Made by a program: the position numbers and the translations under genes. 64,000 bases of DNA. Origin: Eledone cirrhosa. Its lineage: Eukaryota. Below, piece by piece: positions 1 to 11,225 of this stretch (the first letter of the stretch is position 1; the number at the start of each line of letters is the position of its first letter). The notes beneath the pieces are model-generated. The model was not told the DNA's origin. It ran no database searches and worked only from the letters and a program-made list of their open reading frames with translations. The stretch is taken from NCBI GenBank assembly GCA_964016885.1, contig OZ024743.1:12214001-12278000 (forward strand), written 5' to 3'.

Positions 1-45
1 TAAAGTATGTTGTCCAATGCTCTACAGATTCTGCCAATAATAATA

Positions 46-672
46 CCTGGAAGCTGTCCTCAACGCAGCTGTCTTCGGCCCCATCTTCTGAGGCTGAATC
101 GCTGCAATACAGCAACATCTGTTCGGTGGTCAGAGTAAATGGCCACCTTTAGGAACCGTTTCAGATCGCACGCTCAGTCCATCAAGAGTACCCTCTCTCC
201 TCCCTTCCGTACCTATTGACTCATGAGCCATTACACGGAAGTTGGATCTGTTGCAGGGCAACCCGCTGGAACAGGGCTGTGTCAGCATATGCGGACGACA
301 TCACTTCCGGCACCTTCTTAGAAGAGTATGAAAGGTTGACGGGGGCAAAACTGAACCCGGAAAAGTCGATGGGTTTGCAGCTCGGCACCTGGAGAGGCAA
401 ATCCATGCCATTGAACAGCGTCATCGGACGCTGGACCGACGGACTTCTGAAGTTGTTTGGGGTTTAGTTCGGACCGGACCTTCAGGTAGATAAGAACTGG
501 AACGAGGTGACGAGTAGGGTGGCCACTTTCAACCAGAAATGGGCTATCTCTGAAAGGTCGGGGGAAGTTGCCGAACATGTACATCACGTCCGCTATATAC
601 TACCACCTGATTGTTGTGCCTTGCCCCCGTTCGCGCCTCGCCAAATTGGAACGGCTCCTCTTCAAATTCTTG
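46..672 (+). mobile_element. Tx1/L1-clade LINE ORF2 fragment (RT core), degenerate
   Basis: Encodes AVSAYADDIT and YERLTGAKLNPEKSMGLQLGTWR. It is colinear with the reverse complement of ~30620-31300 of the full element in this window, with stops and deletions. Confidence 0.9.
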
Positions 673-2499
673 ACTGTGGAGGATAGGTTTCGTTGGTGAC
701 AGCGAGATGGTAATTTGTTCACAGATGGCTTTGATCACACTAAACAGATTACTGAGGAATTCGTGATCAGCTTCGTTTCAGTGATTTTATATAAGATTGA
801 GATCGAGGGTTTGAGTGAGTCAGGATATTGGCCGGAAGCTTAATCAGAGATCATCGTCATGCACCATAGTCCATTTGACGGGTAAATGGTTATAAACGTA
901 GAGTAGAATGATGCATTTTAAGATAACTTTAAACACTTCTTTATCCATGATAACCAGTGGTATGACGTATAAGACTAGGATCTGGAGCCAATAAACCTTC
1001 CCACAAGAGAACCTTTTCAGGAGAGAGCTGAGTCAGTACATTCATCTAACATACATCCTGTTGTCAAATACTAACCAATTGAACTTAGATTGATCTGTTC
1101 ACCTCAAAGACTATTCAGTAAGGGTGCCATGTATGGGAGTCCGAGCGAATTCGATGTACGCTTTATGGTTATTCATAAAAAATAAATAACTTTTTGCGAG
1201 TGACATGTTTATAGTTCGACTCTCTGATATCGTCTACGAATCGTTGTAACCGCTAGCCTGAGCCTGTGGTGCATAGCTAGACTATGTTAGATATTAACCA
1301 CTGTAAATCATAGAATGAATATCTTCTCTTGGAGATGTTTTCATGAATTCAGCACTCCTAGGGCGATCGTAGTAGCTGCCAGTATACATGAAAATTACAG
1401 TAGTCTTTACACAAGAAAAATGAAAACAAAGTGATGTTCTTGGACCAAACGCCATCCTCATGTTGATAGACAACGCAAGACTGCCGCGTAGTCGACACTT
1501 TTGCATCTGCAGCAAATACCAGAAACTATTAAAAAAATACTATGGACTCACATGAAATTACGGATTAAAATACATTTTGCAACTTTTAGCATGCTAAATT
1601 GCTAGGTAGAGGCTCATGACCCCCATATGTATTTCCCCAACTATTCTCTACCTCCGCTTAGCTGAGGACAATATTAACAGATTCAGACATGTAACCGTTA
1701 ATAAAATAAGAGACGAAAGTAGAAGGTCATTACTGTATCTAAGATTCTTAACACGCTTGATTCTTTATTTGGTATAACTATGCACGAGGTAGTTGAAGTA
1801 AGATGTTCATTTATTTATCTATTACTAGTCTGATGGTCTATTTAATTGTTTGTTTTATATTATACTTTATCATTTAACATTTCCTATTTCATGTAAATTT
1901 TCCGGTTCAAATTCGGTCTCTTCGTTTGTTTGATGGCCTCAACTAACATTTATGTGTTGTTTAAGTGTATGGTTCTGATGTAGTCTTATTTTAATATTTA
2001 TTGTTTCGTGCTGTCTAGATTAGCTAAGATTCTGATTCGAGTGTTAGTTTAATATTTCGATTTGTTTGGATTCAATGTAAACCTGTGAGTTTTTTTTATG
2101 AAGTGTATCGTGGTAGCTGATTTTTTTAAATATTATTTAATGAGTATTTTATTGTTTTAATTTGATTATACAATTGTTAAGCCTGTAACTTCCTTTCGTT
2201 CCGGTTTTTTGTTGTTTAAGTTAGGGGTAAGGTTGGAGGGAGTTTGTTTAAAGGTTTGGCAGGAAATTTGGTTTGATGCGATTCAATTTGTTTATGGTAT
2301 AAGATTGAAATTAGGATAATGAATGGTTTTTATATTTGTGTTTGTCTTGTTGCAAATAGAGAAATCCTGTTGTCGTACGTTTTATCATGTGATCAAAGCT
2401 GACTAATACGAACGGAACAATTAAAAATCGACCTTTTCCGTGTGTTTTACCTTCCTAAATCGCTTAACCAGGCATTTACAATCGTTATTTTTTATTATT

Positions 2500-2606
2500 C
2501 CGAGGTTAACTTTGCCTTTCATCCTTACGGGGTCGACAAAAAATAAAGTACCAGTAATGTACTGGGTAATTGCTGGTCTTGTGCCAAAAGTAGAAACAAT
2601 TATTAT
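2500..2606 (+). mobile_element. tRNA-derived SINE (Meta-domain-like), 3' fragment
   Basis: CGAGGTTAACTTTGCCTTTCATCCTTACGGGGTCGA...GTAGAAACAATTATT, shared with many copies in the window. Confidence 0.85.
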
Positions 2607-2659
2607 CTTACCTGAAATATCGCCCAAGACGAGCAGTGACAGAATGAATCATCAGCGTC

Positions 2660-2661
<2 letters not shown>

Positions 2662-2742
<81 letters not shown>
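2662..2742. repeat. (CA)n(TA)n microsatellite
   Basis: Seen directly in the sequence. Confidence 0.98.
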
Positions 2743-2746
<4 letters not shown>

Positions 2747-2839
2747 CAAAAGCAACCCAGACGTGATTATTCATTTTTTTTCTACGTACGGGGAGCATAT
2801 GACCATGGTCATTCGTGATCGAAAGGAGTCTTTACCCAT
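2743..2839 (+). repeat. ~96-bp repeat, inverted copy at 5058-5154
   Basis: TGATCAAAAGCAACCCAGACGTG...GTCTTTACCCA is the near-exact reverse complement of 5058-5154. Confidence 0.9.
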
Positions 2840-3610
2840 TTCGATCTCACTCGATAAACCCGCCATTGGCTTTGATGACGGCCTCAAGGCGGCCTCGAAA
2901 CCGGCTACAAGCCTTCGTCACTGTCCCCCGACTTAGACCCCTAAAGGCACTTGTGATCCTGGCCTTCAGATCGTCTTTTGTATTGCAGCTAGATCTGTTG
3001 GTGTTTCGTTCCACTGCGCCCCACATAAAGAAGTCGAGGGGATTGCAGTCAGGCGAGCTGGGAGGCCAGATGTCAGGTGAAGTGTGGTCGACGAAGTTCT
3101 CTGACGGCCAGGCTTGGGTCTTTCGGCTGGTATGGCAGGGCGCTGAGTCTTGCTGCCACACGTACGGCCTACCTGCAGCTACCTGGTCGATCCAGAGCTT
3201 TACTACCTCGCTCAGAACGCGGATATAGCCATCGGTGTTCAGCTTGAGGCCCTCAGGGAAGAAGTGAGGTGGCATGACGTCACCTTGACTGCTGACGACA
3301 CCTAAGACCAATGTTGTCGCTGGAAACTTTGTCGGCATAACTCTGGGCACGTCTTTGGATGAGACAGCGAGCCACCTGTTGTTCTGGGAGTTGATCTTCT
3401 AGTCTTATTTGTCCTCCCGGCGCGGATTCCAAGAAGAACTCCGTGTCTCTTCCACAAATTTGGAAGTTCAAAATTATTCATAATCAATTATTCTGAAAAT
3501 AAATAATGGAAATATAGTCACTGTTTTTATGAAGACAAGAGTGACAACGGAAGTAAAAAAAATGTGCATAAAATTAGCAGTTGAAAATGGCGAACAAATA
3601 TCGTCCGCAT
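2840..3610 (-). mobile_element. Tc1/mariner superfamily DD37D (maT-like) transposon remnant, internally deleted
   Basis: ORF 2847-3350 has WQQDSAPCH...WPPSSPDCNPLDFFMW with 37 residues between the last two catalytic Asp. An N-terminal remnant (NNFELPNLWKRHGVLLGIRAG) lies at ~3420-3487. Confidence 0.9.
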
Positions 3611-3720
3611 ATATCTATATGTATATATATATATAGTAATAATAATAAAATTGAAGACTAAAATCCAAAGTGGGCTAGATAAGGAAAATATATATCAAAT
3701 ATATAAGAACCGTAGAGCAA

Positions 3721-4988
3721 ATATTTATTAAAATAACAGATTAAAGTTTAAGCAAAGAATCGCTGCTTTCACCCTTAACGGGATCTTCTGAAACTAACAA
3801 AGTCAATCTGTAAACGCAGAACTGGATATTTCAAAAAACGTTGCAACCGGAGGAAGACAGGAAGACGATACTTTGGTTCGTGGAAACGTTCGCTGGCAAA
3901 GAACGGGAAAAAACGGATAATACGTCATTAATAGGAGCGGTGAAAAACAATTACGCGCAAAGACAGAACCACGTTTATGGTATAAAAGAGGTCGTAGACT
4001 AATGTTCTCTTAGGTGGTGCATAGAGATGTTCTCTGGCAATGAACGAAAAAACGAAGATAATAAGTCATATGTGGAGCGTGGAGAACAATAGCACGCAAC
4101 GACAAAACCAGATCTTAGCTAATGGTGTGGCCACCTCCATATTATATGGTGGGTTAAACCAACAAATGCGACGGGATCTATTTCTTCTAGGTCTATTTTC
4201 GTACTCTGTAAATGCTACCTTATCGACAAATCCACTTCGAGCAAGAGCTTCATTGTATATAAGTGGAATGGTCGTTGAAAATACGCTCGTTGGTGGAAAG
4301 ACGGGAAAGCCTCAACGAAACGTTTCTTACCAGGTTCTTGGTTATGCTGGCAGGATGGTTGGAATGCTTACTTATGTAATTAAGCGTATCATTCGGCTTT
4401 CTATACGGGTAATACAACCCATTCAATAAATTGAGCGTAACGTCGAGGTAATTAACGACCGAGAGATTGGCCTCACCCTGTATAGAGAGGTTGAAGCCTT
4501 TAAAGAAGGCTGTGAGTTCTTTTCTGAACCTGTCGCAAGCACGAGGTCTGCACTTAGTCATGGTCAAAAAGATCCTAGCTAGGGCTAGATCGTATAACGG
4601 AAATAAAAGACCATGAGGCCCTGGAAATACTCTACGCCACAGACCACATCTTAAACAAAACATCTGAGGCAATTTCGGCTTGTAAACATAAATTGCACAA
4701 AACTTTCCTGTATTACAGCCCCACGTTATACCCTAACGGATAGTACGATCTATACGTGGATATTTTACGTCTTGATGTGGGAGCTAAGTATATGTTTTGT
4801 TTATACCATTACTTATTTGCATAGCGAACGTTTCCACGAACCAAAGTATCGTCTTCCTGTCTTCCTCCGGTTGCAACATTTTTTTAAATATCCACTTCTG
4901 CGTTTACAGATTGACTTTGTTAGTTTCAGAAGATCCCGTTAAGGGTGAAAGCAGCGATTCTTTGCTTAAACTTTAATCTGTTATTTTA

Positions 4989-4996
<8 letters not shown>
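3721..4996 (-). mobile_element. Penelope-like element remnant bounded by 174-bp inverted terminal repeats
   Basis: ORF 4250-4672 encodes VNYLDVTLNL...YRKPNDTLNYISKHSNHPASITKNL...RLSRLST, typical of the PLE RT thumb. 3721-3894 is the reverse complement of 4823-4996. Confidence 0.85.

Positions 4997-5057
<61 letters not shown>
4995..5057. repeat. (TA)n microsatellite
   Basis: Seen directly in the sequence. Confidence 0.98.
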
Positions 5058-5060
<3 letters not shown>

Positions 5061-5195
5061 GTAAAGACCCCTTTCGGTCACGAATGACCATGGTCATATG
5101 TTCCCCGTACGTAGAAAAAAAAATGAATATTCACGTCTGGGTTGCCTTTGATCACAACTCTGCATGATCAGGTATGACCTGGTGTTAAACAACAA
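5058..5195 (-). repeat. Dispersed repeat; inverted partner of 2743-2839 with extra sequence ending in TTAAACAACAA
   Basis: Reverse-complement match to 2743-2839. Confidence 0.8.
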
Positions 5196-5385
5196 AATTA
5201 ACTATCTATTTTCTGACGTAGGAAATAAAATTTCACACCGCTCGTTACACCAACACATCTCTGAATAAATGAAATATAAATGTTTAAACGAGAAGAGCGT
5301 TGTTTTCTCCCTCCTCTTTCGCTAATAAAATGTCCCCACATGCAATATGAAATCAATGTTTATCGGCAAGAGAAATGAGAAGCTG

Positions 5386-5585
5386 NNNNNNNNNNNNNNN
5401 NNNNNNNNNNNNNNNNNNNNNNNNNNNNNNNNNNNNNNNNNNNNNNNNNNNNNNNNNNNNNNNNNNNNNNNNNNNNNNNNNNNNNNNNNNNNNNNNNNNN
5501 NNNNNNNNNNNNNNNNNNNNNNNNNNNNNNNNNNNNNNNNNNNNNNNNNNNNNNNNNNNNNNNNNNNNNNNNNNNNNNNNNNNNN
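5386..5585. other. Assembly gap (200 N)
   Basis: Run of exactly 200 N, a scaffolding placeholder. Confidence 1.
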
Positions 5586-5737
5586 AGAGTCGTTGAGGGG
5601 CCGTATTGACATACGGCGTTTCTTGGGCATGTTAAGTCTGGCGGAGCCCATCCCTCTCCAGGCCTGAGTACAGCAGATTTCATCCAGAGAAATTTAGAAA
5701 GTGAGAGAGATGAAATGAGAAAGAGATATAGAGGAAG

Positions 5738-5869
5738 AATCGACATCAGTACGAGACTGGTACTTTTTTATCGACACCGAAAGGATTTGAACTCAGGGAG
5801 TAGTGAACCGGAACGAATACCATAAAGCATTCTATCCAACGTTCTAACGACTCAGCCAATTCGCCGCCT
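5738..5869 (-). mobile_element. Diverged tRNA-derived SINE (Meta-like)
   Basis: Reverse reads GGCGGCGAATTGGCTGAGTCGTTAGAACG...GAGTTCAAATCC...TCGATAAAAAAGTACCAG. Confidence 0.7.
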
Positions 5870-6512
5870 TCTTTCCATATATCTTTATGTTATAACTACG
5901 GAGTGCTCAATACACTAAAACATGTCTAAAAGGATGTAAACTACAGAGAACATACTCAGAAAATATGCTTGGAAGTACGTACATTAATATTAGAGTAAAT
6001 ATCCATTTACTCCAAATGTGGTGCTAATTCACTCTCAAAATGGAGGTATGTGCTTTGCATATATATATAAGTTTTTTTTTTAAATACAGATTTAGTTCAG
6101 TCTTAGTTAAAATGTATTGTACACACAAAGTCACTTATGTGTATGTACGCACGTTTTTATAAACTCTAATTTGTACGATTCTATGAAAGTGTGAATGTTA
6201 ATGTACATGAGCAGGCATGCCCAAGAACCAAATATTAAGACCCGCTAGTTTATTACGTATAACACTTTTGTAAACTTATTTATTTTACTGTGACGTATAT
6301 TCAGTTGTCCTCGAATATTTATTAGTTTCTGCAAAAATTTTCTCCAATAAAGATCGATTCGGATCTCTTTTACTTTATTTATGTATTTATTTGTTTATTT
6401 ATTTTATTACTCTCTTTAGATGCAATCTTCCCGAAGTAAGTTTCCGTTCATAAAATTTTATATTTGAAAACCTGACAGACTTATAAAACACACGGTATAT
6501 AAATATATAACA

Positions 6513-6960
6513 TACTAGCAGAAGTACCCGGCGTTGCTTGGGTATTAAATAGCAGTTGTGTATACTATTTATGTCAATACTTCAGTGCTGCTTCGAAAAC
6601 TATACTTTTACAATATCATCGGCTTCTTCCAAAAGGGGGTTCCTTCCCCCAGGGGTCCTCTACTCAATATGAGCCAATTCTGAGAGTTCACATTCATCTG
6701 TAGGACAAACGTAGCCCAAGTTTTGTGAAAATCGGTTGCGAACTCCAGAAGTTAAGACGTTTTGTTGCATTGCACTGCAGTGCTACAGTCGACTCCAAGG
6801 AAGTGGTTAAAGTGGTTAAAGGGGTTATCTGCCGGGGAGCCCTATAATCAATATCTGGAAAAATGACAGTGCCCATGACCATCCGGAGTACATAAGTAAC
6901 CTATGTCTTAAGTTTGGTGAAAATACTGTAGAAATGCATAAGGTTTACACACGCGCGCGT
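6513..6960 (+). mobile_element. Non-autonomous Helitron/Helentron-like element
   Basis: Starts TACTAGCAGAAGTACCCGGCGTTGCTTGGG (ACTAG plus CCCGG..GGG subterminal hairpin), has internal AAGTTTTGTGAAAATCGG motifs and ends in a CA/GT microsatellite. Family assignment is by resemblance only. Confidence 0.55.
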
Positions 6961-7074
6961 GTGGGTGTGTGTGTATGTATTTGTGTGTGCGTATGTATAT
7001 GTATGTGTATGTTCGTCGGCGCATACGTATGTACTGGCCTAAATCTTCACTATTTACTTTTACTATGTTAGGGC

Positions 7075-7195
7075 AAAGTTAAAATCCCGTCGAGGTTAAC
7101 TTTGCCTTTCATCCTTACGGGGTCGATAAAATAAAGTACTGGTAATGTACTGGGTAATTGCTGGCCTTGTGCCAAAAGTAGAAACAACTATTTTA
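7075..7195 (+). mobile_element. SINE (Meta-like) 3' part
   Basis: Matches the family consensus from AAATCCCGTCGAGG to GTAGAAACAACTATT. Confidence 0.85.
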
Positions 7196-7199
7196 ATAA

Positions 7200-8190
7200 C
7201 CTGTCATTTTCGTTTACAATTTTATTTACATCATTCTTAAACTCCGAGGCTGAAAATCATTCGGTTATTTTAAATAGAATATTAGTCTAACGACTCCATT
7301 TACACCATAAACTTGGTCTTGTCTTTGCATGAAATTGTTCTTCTCGGTCCACCGCGTCGTTTATACGTAACATAAATAGATAAGCAAATGACGCCATAGA
7401 AGGGAAATAAGTCGTCTCTCATCTCTATTTATACATTTGAACTGAAAAATCAATGCATTACAAATTCGATTTTTGCACTTGGCGTGGGTCGATGTGAAAA
7501 ATATTTTGACCGATGTCTCCGCCGGACCTTCATCTATAAGTGTAGCAATTTCACCGAAATTTGAACGTACAGTTTAAGAGGAGATGTGTGCCGACCGTTT
7601 TAGTAGACAGACAGACAACCTCAGTTTTATATATATAGATAGACTAGCAGAAAACCACCCGGGGCGGTTTTCTGCTAGTCTATATATCTAAAACAGAGAA
7701 TGTATGTCTGTCTGTCAGCTCACTAAAACTTGAGAACCATCCAACCGATTGTTTTCAAACTTTAGACATGTAATACTTATGGTCCTGTGAGTGTTTTGAG
7801 CAAAGATTATTTCAAATTTTCAAGCCCTAGGGACCGCATTATGCGATTTAGCGTTCTCTCTATATAATTCTTAGTCTTTCTTTTTAGATAGATACATAGA
7901 TATAACGTTGCGCCCTAATAATATCTGTCTGTATGTCTGGCTGTCTGCATTACGTCATTATGACGCGCTCAGCACGATTCCCTCGGCCTCACTGACCAAA
8001 GTCAGTGGAGAGGGGAAGGTAATGTTTCTGTAGCACGTGTTTTAGCGTCTATTCACTCTCTCTCTCTCTCCCTCCCGCTATCCCCCTCTCGTAGTCTGTC
8101 TCTTTCTTTCACTCTCACTCTCTCTCTACGCTCGCGTTTCCACTGTCGGACAGACAGACAGAGAAATTGCTGGTTATATATATAAGTAGA
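7200..8190. mobile_element. Cluster of Helitron-like non-autonomous elements with (GACA)n subterminal repeats, in opposite orientations
   Basis: GACAGACAGAC...TTTTATATATATAGAT ends at ~7640 and ~8190, a reverse copy starts at ~7680, and there is a palindromic ACTAGCAGAAAACC junction. Confidence 0.5.
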
Positions 8191-8333
8191 TATCATGTTT
8201 TATATATATAGATATCATGTTATATATTTATTCCTATGGTATATACAAGCACAAACTTATATCGTCTGACCGTCCATTATCGTTGCTGTTGTTGTTGTTG
8301 TTATTATTATTATAATTATTGTTATTATCATCA

Positions 8334-8508
8334 GGGCGGTGGTTTGGCAGTATCAGTAGAGCGTCAGACATCATGTTTTGCAACATAGAATTATGGCCCT
8401 TTACGTTCTGAGTTCAAATCCGCCGAGGTTAACTTTGCCTTTCATCCTTACGGGGTCGATAAAATAAAGCACCAGGGTAATTTCTGACCTTGTGCCAAAA
8501 GTAGAAAC

Positions 8509-8550
<42 letters not shown>

Positions 8551-8765
8551 GGATTGAAAGAATCGGTAGAGCATCGGACACCCTGCTTCGTGGCATAGAG
8601 TTACATCCCTTTGTGATCTGAGTTCAAATCCCGCCAAGGTTAGCTTTGCCTTTCATCCTTTTGGGGTCGATAAAATAAAGAACCAGTAATGTACTGGGAT
8701 CAATTTAATCGGCTTTCCTCTCCCCCAAATTACTGACCTCGTGCCCATAGTAGAAATTATTAATC
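8334..8765 (+). mobile_element. Two tandem SINEs (Meta-like) separated by (ATT)n
   Basis: GGCGGTGGTTTGGCAGTATC head, GAGTTCAAATCC B-box, central domain and ATT tails; the second copy starts at ~8550. Confidence 0.88.
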
Positions 8766-8879
8766 TTACTATTATTGGTATTATTAGCAACTAAATCGTG
8801 AAGACGTGTTATTGTGAGCTCTTAAAGTGCCGTTTACTTTAGGTTGTTATAATTGTGATTAGTAGAAATATTTTTGTTT

Positions 8880-9065
8880 ACTGTGAATAAAGCAATATAC
8901 ATAGCTCTCTGAAAAGGCAAGCCCATGATATCTGTGCCTTTGACCCAAATATTTGAACTTTATATTTTGCTTTTCGCGCTCGCAAGCATTTTTTTTTTTT
9001 TTTTTTTAATGGAGAGGACACGCTCCTTCACGCCCACTCAGCGATCAGGTGATAACAACACGCAC
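8880..9065 (+). mobile_element. Probable 5'UTR/ORF1-start fragment of a Tx1-like LINE
   Basis: GCCTTTGACCCAAATATTTGAACTTT matches the reverse complement of 35070-35097 in the 5'UTR of the full element. Confidence 0.5.
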
Positions 9066-9069
9066 TTTA

Positions 9070-9225
9070 AGTTCCAAGTTCAAATCCAGCCGAGGTTAGT
9101 TTTGCCTTTCATTAATACGAGGTTGATAAGATAAAATACCAGTAACGCATTGGGTCGATTAAATCGACTTACCCTTCCCTTTCAATTGCTGGTCCTTGGG
9201 CCAAATATGGTAACTATTATTATTG
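9070..9225 (+). mobile_element. Diverged SINE (Meta-like)
   Basis: AGTTCAAATCCAGCCGAGGTTAGTTTTGCCTTTCATT...TTGCTGGTCCTTGGGCCAAA. Confidence 0.75.
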
Positions 9226-9766
9226 TTGTTGTTGTAATTTTCCCCTATCTGTTGCCTTTCTGGCGAATAAAGCAACGTTTATCATTTTATAAATAAATAA
9301 AGAATAAAGAAAGAAAGAATTATTATTATTGCCGTTGTTGTTTAGCCTGAATGAGCTGACATAATATAAAAAAGTATCACAATCGTGACTATTCTACCTC
9401 TTTTTTTTTCCAGCCTTACTATGTCTATAACTACAATATACAATGTATATTTCCTATTTTTAATATTGCATGATATTATTTGAAAAAGACCCAATTGCTA
9501 TTTCTTGCAGGTCAACCGACCACGTAGAAGCTGCGTCGATATCTCATTGTGGTTGTTTTTTATATCATCTTAAAACTATTATTGTCTCATTGCCTTTATA
9601 AGAGTACTTTACTTCTCAGTGTTTCGAGAAAGAAGTGTGAGGTGTGATGTTGTGATATCCATGCAGTCCCTTTTAAACAATGGCATTTTCAGATAAGTGA
9701 AATGGCGACTTCAACTGAAAATCAATAAATAGAAAATGAACACACACACACACACACACACAGACG

Positions 9767-9808
<42 letters not shown>

Positions 9809-10068
9809 CAGTGTCAGATAATTTTACTCTATTCATTAAACATGCGTGTGGTTCATAATGTAATGAATAAAATTATCTAAATGTAATAACTTTTCTTGAA
9901 AAAAAAACTTATGGCAAAATTTCAAATGTTAAAATAAAATATGGAAATAAAATGTTTTTAAATTGTTACATAAAAAAAATATAATTTCAAAATATATATA
10001 TTTAAATGTCTTGAAAGCTGACTTGAAAATGTTTGAAAATTATTCTTTGGTGACCAAATGGTTTAGTG

Positions 10069-10403
10069 CAGAGGTTCTATTTGCGCCACCACCTCTCTCA
10101 CGGCCACATAATACCCACAGTGCCTCCAAGCATATTTCCAGAGTGACCTGCCTACTCGCAAATTGTAAATAATATATAATAAATAAAATCGTTAATTTAT
10201 ATATAATAAATAATATATATACTATGTATAAATAAATATCATATATTTTATATTTTACTATATTTATATATAATATGTATTATTTGATATTTAATATAAT
10301 ATTATATCATTTCTACCACCCCCAGCGTCCACTTAGGCTCAAACGCCTCCTGGACTTCTCAACGCCCCCAGGGGGTCGGTAGCGCCCACTTTGAGAACCT
10401 CTG
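10069..10403. mobile_element. hAT-type MITE
   Basis: TIR CAGAGGTTCT...AGAACCTCTG with a perfect 8-bp TSD GTTTAGTG (10061-10068 and 10404-10411) and a subterminal GGGGGTCGGTAGCGCCC motif. Confidence 0.9.
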
Positions 10404-10679
10404 GTTTAGTGTATTGCGCGGTATTGTTATGGATCCCGCCATCTATTAGGTCATTAGATCACATAGTACTTCTAGAACAAATCTTTGCTTGGCGTTCATG
10501 TCTTAAGTAATATTAATATAGATATATGGAACCATACCCCCTAATGGTGTTGTAGGGTCACCGTAGTGCCACACAGCATGATTTAAGCATTTCAAACCTG
10601 TTGTTGGCCACCTCTTCTCGGTTGTGATCTGGGATTTCTTCTAACGAAGGAGTAAAAGCGAAAGAAAGTGATAAAGTGA

Positions 10680-10830
10680 GGAAGAATCGACCCCAGAATT
10701 GGTTCTTTATTCATCTACCCCGAACGGATGGAAAGCAAAGTTGAGATCGGTAGGGTTTGAACTCAGTGAACGCAGAGAGCAGGGACGAATACCGCAAAGC
10801 ATTCTATCCACCAATTTAACGACTCACCGT
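10680..10830 (-). mobile_element. Diverged SINE (Meta-like)
   Basis: Reverse contains CTGAGTTCAAACCCTACCG...TTCCATCCGTTCGGGGTAGATGAATAAAG. Confidence 0.65.
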
Positions 10831-11127
10831 CATAAATTTGTATATTAGATTGGAAAAAAAAAACCCAAATACTGAGGCATTTTTAATCCGACGCCAATAT
10901 AGACTTAAGTGCATAGTTAAGTACTTACTTTTGCAATCACATTGTTTTGTGTTTGTTTCCACTGCGCAGTGGATTAGGCAAGCGTCTCCTACAATATCAG
11001 CTAGATCTACACAAGTCTTGAAAGAGATGAGTAGAATCTGTGTGGAAGCTCATCGAACAAAATCTGCTCGGGTGCAGTAGATTTAATCTGAAGCCCAGTT
11101 TCATACCCCCACATGGTTCATATGTGT

Positions 11128-11225
11128 GAAGCTAGTGGCCTATTGGTTAGAGTGTTGGACTATCATATAGTCGTGGGGTCAATTCCCAGGACAGGCGGTG
11201 CGTTGTATTTTTTAACAAGATAGAA
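11128..11225 (+). mobile_element. Diverged tRNA-derived SINE, second family (5' part)
   Basis: GTGGCCTATTGGTTAGAGTGTTGGAC (A box) and GGGTCAATTCC (B-box-like), resembling 37950-38277. Confidence 0.55.

Noticed and set aside
1650-2440. Degraded Penelope GIY-YIG region on the minus strand
   Set aside because: Only compositional resemblance; no motif could be read with confidence.
5322-5746. ORFs with X runs
   Set aside because: They span the 200-N assembly gap.
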